NCBI GenBank assembly: GCA_030248215.1
Contig: JASANG010001546.1
Coordinates: forward strand, 310,001 to 374,000
Length of the DNA stretch: 64,000 bases
Source: Enoplolaimus lenunculus
Taxonomy: Eukaryota
Direction: 5' to 3'
Each line of letters starts with the position of its first letter. Position 1 is the stretch's first letter. The position numbers and the translations under genes are program-made. The notes beneath the pieces were generated by a model. It saw only the letters and a program-made list of their open reading frames with translations. It was not told where the DNA came from and did no database searches. Below, in pieces: positions 53,221 to 64,000 of the stretch.

Positions 53221-54896
53221 CAGTTTTCTAATCAGGGGCGTATGAAAGAAAAATACGCTGGTTATATTCTCTCTCAAATTTACTGCAGAAACGAAGTGGA
53301 CTGGTTTCAGAATAACCTGCTGCATTTCACGCTTGTTTTGCTCAAAAATACTTTACCTTCCGGAATATTAATATCCGGTCAACGCTAATTTTTCATAAAT
53401 TATAATTTTTAATTATTCCGATTGCGTCCAATGTGAAAAAACTGTTGTTATGGTTTTGAACAAAATTAATTTTTAATCGACAAAGCAAAAAAAATATGCT
53501 GTATAAGGCAACCTTTAACATACTCAAATGTTGATTTTGGGCTAAAAAGTTCACTAATTTTGGGCAGTTGTAGCAACGAGCGCCTGTGGTTAGTGTAATT
53601 TATCTATTCGCAAGGCGTAAATATTTTATTGAAACTTTATTTGACAAAATTTTGAAGTAAAGAAACTGACTTAAAGAATTGTGTCAAAACCAAATACTGC
53701 AAGTAACAATTGCGAACGTTGTTCGCTTTTTGAACAGCATCTTTCAAACGCTGTTATATAAAAGGAATACGTCTAATATCAACCAGTCGGCCGGTTTTGT
53801 GTAATGCGCAAAAGTTAGCGAATGCACAGCCATCTTCATGCAGATTTTATTTTTTATACAACAATCACGTTTATGTTTTTAGAATTCAGTGTGAGTAAAG
53901 TAATGCTGGAAAGTTGCCCAAAATTCGTATGTGGAGCGTTCCAGCTTTAATATATAGATTTGTCTTGATTAGGTTTGTACTTGTTGTAAGCATGGGGGTT
54001 TTTATTTATATTGTTTGAGAGAATATGCCTTTCTGCTTTACCGAAAAAACACCTCATAAGCGTTCATGATAAATTTGTCAATCGGTGCAAAAGGTTAACC
54101 ACGAAAATTCAGGTAACAGGTGGTTTCCTGGTTCGGCAATTAATCAACGAAACAACCTGTTTTTTGGTCAACAGTAGAATTAAAATAAATTTTTTCAAAC
54201 TTTAAAAACATTAATATTTACCTTTTAAGATAAATAAATATTAAAGTTTAAAAATATATCTTTAATTTCCATTAATTTATTTCAATTGTAAATTTTTTCG
54301 CTCTTTGTGCTCGTTTAGATAAAATTAGTACACTGCAAGAAATGGTGAGTCAAATTGACTCTCTCCGAAATAGGCTTTTTCTGACTACACAAACTGAGTC
54401 AAAATTCGACTCCGCCAGAGTCAAATTGAGTCGAACTTTACTCTTGCGGAGTCAAATGTTGACTCCGTTTGTGTAGTCAAGAAAAGCCTATATTGGAGAC
54501 AGTCAATTTGACTTTTGCAGTGTAAGAAATTTAAACAACTTTAAGATTTTCAACGCGTGCCGCTATTTAAGCTATTACTCCCGTAGCCAGGGAATGGTCA
54601 AAGGGTGCGGATCCTCCAATCCTTGACCCAAGAAACGTTTTGTGACTGTCGCAAGTTGATTTAATACAAAAAATTTACGTCCAGCTTCTACAGAAACGAA
54701 CCCTATAAATACTCGCTGAACGGATACAATTTTTTAAGAAAAAATAATTTAGGAAAAAATTGCTTATTAATTTAAGTAATAAATATTAATAAACGACTTA
54801 CTCAAATAAAAGTGTATTACTTTGATTCAAAACAATGTATGAGCGTTTCGCTGGTGGTCCGTACACAATCCGGACGCTTGTTCAGTTAATGTGCTC

Positions 54897-55041
54897 ATGC
54901 TTGTGATTGCATTAATCGCATTGCAATTTGCATCTGCAGTTTCCTGCGGTTTAACGTTTCGTTCCCGATCTCCGTTTCCGAACGCTAGTCGACGTGACGT
55001 TAAACGACTCAAGCGAGCTATCGCACCGTACGTTCCTGAAA
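54897..55041 (+). CDS. Candidate exon encoding a hydrophobic signal-like stretch followed by dibasic/furin-like sites
   Basis: MLVIALIALQFASAVSC...SRRDVKRLKRAIAPYVPE, then donor A|GTAAGT. Partner exons not established. Confidence 0.35.
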
Positions 55042-55519
55042 GTAAGTACATAGCTAATAATAATTGGTTTAATTGGATTTCTCATTGGCTAAACATGTTG
55101 AGAACTGATTTCTGATTGGCTGGGTTTCTAAACTAATCTTGCTTAAAATACGAATCAACGAAAATTCGGTTAGCTAAGTAGCTGCTTGTAGATAGTAAAC
55201 TGAAAATTTTTCGCTTAACCCTTTCTCACATGAATATTTTCTATGTCCCCTGAGAGGGGGCTCTCACTTCTTGTGGTGATTTAGTACTATGTATACGTGT
55301 TGCAATTGTTAAATATTATTTACCGTATATACACTGCGCTGAGTTGCCTATAGGCAACTGAATGTGAGAAGGGGTTAAGTAAGGTTTCAGAAACCCAACC
55401 AATATCGAGTTCTATGCTTTGGAACTAAGGACCGTCGTTGAACTCAACATTGCAGACTGTCGAGGGGAAGGCTCTCGCAAGAATTGTAGTTATTTACAGA
55501 GGACGGTCTACCCGGTAGC

Positions 55520-56129
55520 TGTAAGCGTGTGAGATATGCTTATCCTGGTGTATATGTAATATATGCAATGCACATTGTATAGTATGTTTGCCCACAGCAT
55601 ATGGTCGACATATAATCGACGAAAAAGGTATTGGAGAGACACGCTGCGTGGCGGTGTGGTAGAGTGTTTGCTTAAGGATCTCTAGGCTAAGAGTTCAATC
55701 CTCGCCCTGGCGGCCCGATTTCCCAGCCGCTTAGTTAAAGGTTTGATGTCCCGGTTCCTACCCAAACTGGCATGGGGGCTACGCCACGAGTGCAATGGTA
55801 AATTGCCGCGCCGTAGACGCGTTATCCAGCCGAATATAGGATGGATGGTCGAGGGACCACCTTGTGGAAAATTCGGGCATGTAAGCATGTGATACTTGCT
55901 TGGCCTGATGCATATGCAATATATGCAATACATATTGTGTAGTATGCACACCAGCAGTATACGGTCGACATATAGTCGACGATAGAAGCAGTTGGGTAGG
56001 CGGGTTACGTTGCGCAGTGGTAGCAGCATATGCCTGACACGCAGGTCACTAGTTCGAAACCACCCCTAACCCGCTTTTCCAGCTGCTTAGTAGAAAGGAA
56101 TGAAGTTCCGGTTCCTACATAGACTGACA
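55520..56129 (+). mobile_element. TRIM-like miniature LTR retroelement with tRNA-like cassettes in both LTRs
   Basis: LTR1 55520-55772 (TGTAAG...GGCA) and LTR2 55880-56129 (TGTAAG...GACA). TSD GTAGC at 55515-55519 and 56130-56134. PBS-like TGGGGGCT immediately after LTR1. Non-coding 107-bp internal region. Confidence 0.75.
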
Positions 56130-56798
56130 GTAGCTATTGTTATTACGTACCATGTTTGTCACAGTTGTCTGTCACTTATTAAAGCTATAAACCTCAAATA
56201 AGACTTTAAGAATTCTGAGTCTTCAATTCATTAAGCTCATTATGAGTTAATTAATCTAACTCACCCTCAGTTAAATCAGCTCAGCGTGAGTTAATGTTTA
56301 CTGTTATTAACTTAGAAATAACCAGAAACGACTCATTGCGTTCTCTGCGTTGAGTAACTAACTCTACTATTGGAACTTACTGCAAACTTTGATTACTCGT
56401 TAGCCAAGTTCATTGTGTACACTAGTTGCTGAACACATATACGTAAATTTCATATTGGAGTTGATTTCACTGGTTCTAACGCTGCAAGACCTATTGCTAA
56501 CTGATGATATGGCGACTAAAATCAGAATCAATGTGTGTTTGGAGTTTTGCCATAAAAATTTAGTTTAAATTTTTACTAATTTCCTCTTATTAAATAACAT
56601 TGCTAGCTAGCGAAATGGCTTCTTAGAAGCTTATGGCAGATGCGATACGGCTTCTATATTTCTTACAATTATTTTAGTAAGTAATAAAATTGCACGGTTT
56701 TAAATCAATACAGTGGCTTTAGGTTCAGACTTTACCTTATTTTTCAGAAAAGGCTTAGTTAAGCCTAAAAGTCTAAGTTATTGCCTGAGCCTTTTTAA

Positions 56799-57457
56799 CC
56801 CTTTCTCACATGAATATTTTCTATTTCCCATGAAACCTACTTTTATGCTAGGATTCGAACTCCAGTGACTGGAGTGGGAGGTGTATACCATCACCACTCA
56901 GCTATAGGAGCTTGACGCCCGAGCCCGAGGGGCTCTCACGTCTTGTGGTGATTTAGTACTATGTATACGTGTTACAATCAGGGTGCAACCGGAATTCCGG
57001 TTCCGGTTCCGGCATTTTTTCACCTTCCGGTTCCGGTAAATTTTTACCGGATTTAAAAATTCCGGTATTATAATTTGGCCGTTTTCTTAACTTTGCTAAT
57101 TTTTAAGAATCTCTTTTGAAAGCCACTTGTACTCCGAATATAAGCCATTGATGGTGGATTTCACTTCAGTCGATGATGAAAATCTAAAATACAACAAATA
57201 AAATAAATACCTATGTTCGACTAAGGTTATTTCACAAATAATAGAGCAAAAAATAAGATTAAAATGAAATTTTTGGTGAAATGCATTTTTCATTTTCTGG
57301 TTCCGGTTCCGGTAAAATTTTCAAATTCCGGTTCCGGTTCCGGTAAATTGTAATTCCGGTTGCACCCTGGTTACAATTGGTAAACACTGTGCGATATATT
57401 ATTTAACGTATATACACTGCGCTGAGTTTCCTATAGGCAACTCAATGTGAGAAGGGT
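56799..57457 (-). mobile_element. piggyBac-like MITE interrupted by a hAT-like MITE
   Basis: TTAA flanks. Colinear with the copy at 60142-60404 once 56979-57369 and one TSD copy are removed. Confidence 0.85.
56979..57369 (-). mobile_element. hAT-like MITE, near-identical inverted copy of 52422-52821
   Basis: Same TIR. Exact TSD GTTACAAT. Confidence 0.9.
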
Positions 57458-57500
57458 TTAAGACTTAGACAGGCTGTATGGCTAAGCATGACAATTAATC

Positions 57501-57646
57501 TGTGGACCAAAGTTTACAAGAGACAATCATGTTTGGCTGCTGGCCAAAGTTCACAAGCGCCAATCATGTTTGAGTGTGGGCCAAAGATTACAACAGCCAA
57601 TCAGGTTTGAGTGGGGGCTAAAATTTACAATTACCAATCATGTTTG
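57501..57646. repeat. Diverged tandem repeat of about 37 bp, about 4 copies
   Basis: Recurring G.CCAAAG.TTACAA...CAATCATGTTTG. Confidence 0.75.
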
Positions 57647-57704
57647 TGGCTTAAGAGACACAAACGGTCCAAATAGAATTTTTAGCGTTAACTAACAGTA
57701 TGTA

Positions 57705-58150
57705 CTGTGTTGACCCAAATGAGAAGGGGAGGTGTAATAAGAGGACGACTCCCTATTTTGAGTCCGAATTAATTGGAATCCGTAATCCTGATAAGAGTCC
57801 GTTAGCGGATAGAGTCCCTAAGCTCCAATTAGAGTCCATAAATGTCAATTCACCCTAACTGTAGCGCATAAATGGCTCCAGGACCAAATAATTTGAGTTC
57901 GAAACTTTAATGCGTGCTTAAATTTTGAAAGTAGATTCCTAAGTATAACTTTGTATTGCTCAAGCTATTGACACAAGACAAATAAACGTTTAATTCAACA
58001 AATAATTGCAGTACCGGATATATATCAGTAACGAAGGGCGGCGGAGCGTGGGTTAAAAATAAATAACAGTCCATAACCGAATAACAAGGGGGGTACCCTC
58101 TGGAGAGGCCAAATAAATATCAGTGCCCCCTTTTATTCGGGTCACTACAG
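57705..58150. mobile_element. Tc2/pogo-like MITE
   Basis: Same family, TA flanks. Partial copies at about 12152-12280 and 33300-33415. Confidence 0.8.
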
Positions 58151-58649
58151 TAATATTTATTAGTTTCAGCTTAACACTTTATCTATATTAATAAAGCTAG
58201 AACGCTCACCATACGTAATTTGGGCAATTTCACAGTTCTACGTTTGAGATAAGACAGTGAATACGAAATTAAACTTTCTTTTTTCGTTAGGCACCAATCC
58301 AGATGAAAAACCATGAGTCACACTGTGGGCAGTCAACTTCCCCGACACGCTAGGATGGTGATAAACGCTTTAGCAATATTATTATCATCTTGCGCCGCCC
58401 GTCGCCGTCTGTTCGTTGACGCTACTGCGCGGTGACGTACGATCACGGACCGCGACGGACGGGGGTGCACAAATATAGCGACATCCTTTAGGTTCCGGGT
58501 AACCCCATCAGTGACATCTAAGTCATCACTTAAAACATTCACTGAATGCCTTCGAAAATTATTAAGCCTCACTTTTGACGATAAATCCTGTCCGTTTTGT
58601 TGTCAAAAGTTACCTTTGACGTTTTCATACACAAAAAATTTCAAATTTT

Positions 58650-58841
58650 AGCCAATGTTACTTTAAGGGGCGTAACAGTAGATTAAACGTACTCCTATAA
58701 ACCTATGCCTAAGCCTAAGCGTTGCAAAAATGTGTTCGTAAGCCTAAGCCCAAGTTTAAGCAAAAAATGTAATCTAGAACGTAAACCTACTCTTTTATGG
58801 ACACACCAGAAACAAGGACGCCCCTTAAAGTAACACGGGTC
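58650..58841 (-). mobile_element. Merlin-like telomeric-repeat MITE (subfamily B)
   Basis: Exact TSD CAAATTTT. Confidence 0.8.
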
Positions 58842-58997
58842 CAAATTTTTGTAAGGGCACCCCTGATGACACATAGAGGTTGTCCTTGGAGGCAGTGGCG
58901 TCGTCAGGATTTTAATTTGGATGGGTAGGTTTTTGATCTTTAGGATTAAGAAGGTTACTCCTAAGCCTAAGTGGTTTTGTCAATAAAAATTTCCAAA

Positions 58998-59079
58998 TGA
59001 GATATATCCGCTTTATCCGACCCTTAGTATATACCCCTGAGATATATCCGCTTTATCCGACCCTCAGTATATACCCCTG
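58998..59079. repeat. 40-bp tandem duplication
   Basis: GATATATCCGCTTTATCCGACCCT(T/C)AGTATATACCCCTG twice. Confidence 0.9.
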
Positions 59080-60141
59080 CCTGAAGACGCGTAAGATGGT
59101 AAAATCAGTTGTTTGAAACGCAAATTGTTTACCTGTGACTGATTTAAGACAGGGAACGTTTATCATTGGGCACCATCTTAATGACTGAGAATGTACCCCG
59201 TAAACCCGACATTGGCCAAAAATTCAACATACCAAGGTGTAAATCTTTATAAAGCGAGGAAGTTATTTCTGCTAGCGGCAGACAGAAAATCAGAGGTTCA
59301 GGGTTACAAGACCGATTTATTGGGGACGCTTTTAGTATATTTTGGGGAGTTTTGGCTTTTTGGCTTTTAGTTCACGTATTTTTTGGTTATAAACGGTCAA
59401 AGTACTTATAAACTACCTATTTGGTTAAAAACTGGTTACATTTGTAGTCGTTGTAATCCGCTAATTTTAAATTCAAATTTAAAAATCGCTGCAGGTCCGA
59501 AGCCAACTCACCTTGCTAGGAGGGCTGAAAAATTTTCGAGAAGGATCATACATGACTGTTAGTTGACTTACAAACAAGGTTGAAAATATTCTAGAAACGG
59601 GTAAAGTTTTAGCAGGGGCACTGAGCCCAGCCCCCGCCACCCCTTGATTACTGGACCGAGTTGAGGTTACGGGTTCAAATTTTGTTTGACAATTAGAAAG
59701 TTTTCTGTTGAAACCAATTTGTCTGCGTCGAGGGTGCAAAAGTTAAATTTGAACGTCACGACATAAAATTAGCAATTTTTAAATTAAAAATTTTAAACAA
59801 CATTTTCATATTTGACTTAAATCTTTCATAATGTTCCAGTTGCCCGACCTCGCTTTAAAACGTTTAAGGTCCATATTCTCAAATGTGTATAGCATCTATT
59901 ACCAGTTAGCGATAAAAACTGACTATGACGAAATTCAAAATTCTCACACAAATAAATACAATTCAGATATGAAAAATTCGTTGAATTTTAACCTCGTCAT
60001 TTACTCGTTCGGTAATTGTAAGTCCAATCACCAACTTGTAATAGATGTTGCACACATTTGAGAATACGGTGGTTTTTCAATGTTTCAATTCACTCAGTTA
60101 AGGCAATTTGTTCAATTCCACAAAATAGAATGTGGTTTTAA

Positions 60142-60404
60142 CCTCTTCTCACATTGAGTTGCCTATAGGAAATTCAGCGCAGTGTATATACGTTAAATAA
60201 TGTATATCGCTCCGTGTTTAATAATTGCAACACGTATACATAGTACTAAATCACCACAAGACGTGAGAGCCCACTCGGGCTCGAGCGTCAAGCTCCTATA
60301 GCTGAGTGGTGATGGTATACGCGTCCCACTCCAGTCACTGGAGTTCGAATCTTAGCATAAAAGTAGGTCTCAAGGGAAATAGAAAATATTCATGTGAGAA
60401 AGGA
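60142..60404 (+). mobile_element. piggyBac-like MITE carrying a tRNA-like cassette (second subfamily)
   Basis: TTAA flanks. TAGCTGAGTGGT and AGTTCGAATC boxes. Confidence 0.8.
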
Positions 60405-61830
60405 TTAAAACGAGAGATAGTATATTTCACTGCCCTTTTGTTAAAATTTCAAATTTTTTCCACAAAATGTCTTCTGTTCGCTATTTTCGGCAAATATTTT
60501 GTTTATTTCGCCTGATTGTTTTTGCAGGTTTCAAATATTTAAATTCGGCAAAGTTCAGTGTACGCTTGCAGGTCGACTCAAATTTCACTGTATAACTGAT
60601 TTTCACACAGTGCCAAAACAGAAAAATTGCAGGGTACAAAAGAACGACCCACGAGCGTTCTTTGGGGTGTGTGAGTAACCCCCCATCGTATCATTTTGGG
60701 CGTAGAAAATATAGAAATATTCCTGTGTCGTATCCAGCGGTTTTATTCAGGGGGCACTGTAGAAGTCAACCCGTAGACCATTTTAATTAATGTTGCTGAT
60801 CCATAAATACACGGGTTTGACCTGATAATCAAAAGGCGACAGTATTGTTTGTTTACATTTGTGCCCTTGGCATAAATCTGTATGTACCTCAAAATAAAGA
60901 ATACAACTTTTGATTGAAGTTCACAGTAAACGTGACGCAAGTCGCTTTCTGTTGAATAAATTTTGACACAAAATTTTGAGCAGCGGATCGAAGGATTTTC
61001 TCATGGATGTCATGCAAAATGTGGCAAGCGAAAACTTGCAAGCAAAGCGAACGAGAAGCCAAACACTGTTTTAGTGATAATCACTGTTACAAAGTTATGG
61101 GTTCGTATCGGTTCGGTGCGACCTCCAATTCCTGGGTCGCCTTAGGGTTTAAGTACACCGTTGGTTTTAGCGGTTTTGCCGTCAAAAGTAAAACACTGCA
61201 ACGAAGGATATTTCAATTTTTTCACAACAAAATTTTGTGTATGGAGAAGCTACCGTACCCTCGTGGATGCGAACCTACAATTGCTAATTGACGTGCCCCC
61301 ATGTATAGAAATTCTAAAAATTATACAAGTATCCTGTAAAAGTTTGAAGCTTACAACTCTCATGGGGGGATGTGGCATTGTGATTTTGCCAGCAACAGTC
61401 TCTTAATATTGCGTTATTTTTCAATTTTTATTGCGTGGAAAAACTGAATTTTAGGAAACTTTAATTTGTTTTTTGAGTACAAACTATTGCACTATTGACG
61501 TTGATCCCATGGGTGAATACTATAAACTATACTACAAGCTTCGTAGGATAACTCAGGACGTCAGTTAGGTTCGGAATTATTTGAGGGGGTACTGTTCGTC
61601 TTACCCGTCCCTCCCAGTAGCAATTTTTGTCGATTCCATTAATGAAATGTCTCTCCATCAGCAAAAAGATTTTAGTCCTCTCAATTAATGTTTATTGGTT
61701 GACGGGCTGTATGTACCTCCGAAAGCAATTTCTTAGTTTTTAGCCGTATAATATTTGAAGAGCTAAAAATGTTTCAGGAGGGGCGTCCAAGCATTTTACA
61801 TGACTTACAAACAAGGTTTAAACTATTCTA

Positions 61831-62081
61831 CACTGTAAATTCCAATGAGTTGACTAATCTATTCAGCTAGCAAGTTGGTTTTTTCTGAATTAATATCAGT
61901 AAACATTAAATCATGCTCAGTTGAGTTGATTCTCACTCTGGGTTGAGTTGACTCTATGTGAGTTGGTTGATTAACTCAGAATGAATTGAATCAACTAAAA
62001 AACTGAGTTCTGATATTTCTAACTCAGACTCAGCGATTCAACTCATTCTGAGTTAAAATCAACTCCGTAAAATTTACAGTG
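61831..62081. mobile_element. CACTG-ended MITE, family B (AACTCA/TGAGTT-rich)
   Basis: TA|CACTGTAAAT...ATTTACAGTG|TA. Inverted relative at 30064-30316. Confidence 0.75.
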
Positions 62082-62988
62082 TATCAGGGGCCAAAACTGT
62101 GCCAGGGAAAAAGAGGCTGAGCCAATTTGGTTTCAATGTGACCGCGAGCCTGAGTCACTGACAACAATGGAAATCCCAAAATTTCTAAGAGGGTACCACG
62201 CGAAATGCAGGATTTGTGCTGAGCAGAAAAGGGGCTACAAAGGGTGTAACCGCTTGAATCCGTCGATGGTTAGTATAATTTGATGCGGTCGGACACATTT
62301 TGATCTTGAAAAACATGGCTGATATTACAGTTCTGCCACAATGTGGTTGAGTTTCATTGTCGCCTGCGTATTGTGTATGAGCGACCGCTTTTCAGCAAGG
62401 ACATGTTTAGATGGTTGTTAGCTTCTTTCTTTATTTCATGTGCATTCTTCATCACATATGATAGGCGAATAAGGGTCCAATCGGTATTGCGACAGTTGAT
62501 CATCCGATAATTTGTCGACCGACAACTTGTAATCCAAAATTTCATCAACTCGACTATTCGCCACTCATCATTAAGTTTAAGCTTAGGCTTAGGATTTCTT
62601 TTAGGATTATGCTTAAATTTATTAGTAGGCTTTAAGTCACTGTTGAGCGGTTTGTTGCCGGGTGACGAATTGTATATTCAACGCTATCGCGTGGTGCACT
62701 TGGTTAGCAAATATCTTTGCGCATAAGGCGGTCCAGGTTCAATCCGGTCTAATCCCGTCGTTTTCAAACAGGGATCGTTATTCATTGCTGTATCTGGCAT
62801 TTTGGTTTTATCCCTGTACAACCAGAATAGAATGGTGTAACCAAATACTTGTTCAGGTTTCATTTAAAAACCATGACTAAGTTTTATTTTACTGGTTAGC
62901 TTACACACTACATATGCTTAATAACATGGTAAAATGTTGGAAAACAATCCTCGATGATCAACACTTCATTCCGAGTTCGAAAAATTAA

Positions 62989-63251
62989 CCCTTTCACTCA
63001 TAGAGTATACTATAAGCAACTAAAAACAATAATGTACGAGCAATACACACATCGTGAGCAGTGTCTAACATTTATAACATATATGCGCAGTGCGAAATCT
63101 CCACAAGACGTGAGAGCCCCCTCGGGCTCGAGCGTCAAGCTCCTATAGCTCAGTGGTCATCGTAAACGCCTCCCACCCGTGAGATTGGAGATCGAATCTT
63201 ACCTTGAAATTACATCTCATATGAAATTGAAAATATTCATGCGAAAAAAGG
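62989..63251 (+). mobile_element. piggyBac-like MITE carrying a tRNA-like cassette
   Basis: TTAA|CCCTTT start. Closely matches 32466-32728. Partial copies at about 13165-13390, 22920-23130, 35230-35440, 42692-42856 and 55219-55374. Confidence 0.8.
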
Positions 63252-63742
63252 CTAAAAAAGACGAAAAACATTGCCGAATTGACTCTGGTACAAATTGTAC
63301 TTAGATTTAATTACAGCGACAAATTTGTTGTGCTTAAAATGTGTTTTGCAAGAAATTTCACTTGGTTGATTAAAATATGCTGTATATACGTTTTCAAAGT
63401 TTGATCGCCACACAAGTGTCATACAAGTGATTTGTGACGTATTGAAGTAAGCAAGACCGGATACAGGTATAGGATGGGGAGGTTCACAGGTTGGGATACA
63501 CAGCAAAAACGGAACAAAATTACAAGCAATAATAGATACGGGCAAATAGTATTTGTATCCTGGACACACCAGGAAAAGGGGTCACTCACAGGCACCCAAT
63601 GACCCACCGTCGAATCCGCCCCTTATAATTAAAAGATGTAAATTGTTGTTTCACGACATACGCTATTGGCTTAGGACGGTCGCAATACCTGCGAATAATT
63701 TCTAGAAATATGAATCCTAAAAGGGTGTACCAGGATACAACC

Positions 63743-63890
63743 GGCCCATGTAACTTTAAAGGGCGTCCAGGTTTCTGGTTGGTCTGTAAAACAGTAGGTG
63801 TGGATTTTAGATTACATTTGTTGTTTAGGCTTAGGCTTAGGCTTAGGAATACGCTTAATCTACTGTTACGCCCTAAAAGTAACATTGGCC
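63743..63890 (+). mobile_element. Merlin-like telomeric-repeat MITE (subfamily B)
   Basis: GGCCCATGTAACTTT..AAAAGTAACATTGGCC. TSD ATACAACC/GTACAACC. Confidence 0.8.
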
Positions 63891-64000
63891 GTACAACCGA
63901 AAGTCTGCCTCATGCACCGATTTGGGTTACAGTATTTGTTCCGGATGCTCCGGGAAAGGTACACGAAAACCATTGTACTGATCGTTAAAGTATGATTGGT

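Noticed and set aside
55391..55520. Possible + strand exon (NPTNIEFYALELRTVV...)
   Set aside because: Its phase does not match the 55041 donor, and its start is part of an inverted repeat with about 55115-55133.
62354..62575. Protein-like minus-strand segment (…VDEILDYKLSVDKLSDDQLSQYRLDPY…)
   Set aside because: No convincing splice acceptor, start codon or recognisable homology. It may be exonic but cannot be supported.
1..64000. Autonomous transposase, reverse transcriptase or RepHel ORFs
   Set aside because: No ORF with DDE, RT or helicase motifs was seen. All elements here appear non-autonomous.

Overview
Eukaryotic, repeat-rich genomic DNA from a nematode. The evidence is abundant TTAGGC telomeric hexamers, TTTCAG/TTTTAG splice acceptors and an UNC-87-type calponin-repeat gene. 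The long, MITE-filled introns suggest a large-genome species, possibly a clade I mermithid-like one (inference only). Two spliced minus-strand genes could be reconstructed by hand. The first is a 2-exon, 399-aa UNC-87/CLIK-family protein with 7 calponin repeats (14690-17434). The second is a 5-exon, 648-aa gustatory-receptor-like 7TM protein (21430-33143). Three of its exons are absent from the ORF track, it has three C-terminal phase-0 introns, and it has candidate alternative first exons. Most other ORFs in the track are repeat artefacts. The rest of the window holds non-autonomous elements, identified by their termini and target-site duplications (TSDs): Merlin-like MITEs (GG..CC ends, 8-bp TSD) carrying expandable telomeric-repeat arrays; piggyBac-like MITEs (TTAA) carrying a tRNA-Gly-like Pol III cassette; hAT-, Harbinger-, CACTA- and pogo-like MITEs; and short Helitrons. 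The most unusual object is a 610-bp miniature LTR retroelement (TRIM; 55520-56129) with a 5-bp TSD, a primer-binding site and tRNA-like cassettes inside both LTRs. No database searches were run; family assignments rest on sequence motifs and general knowledge.
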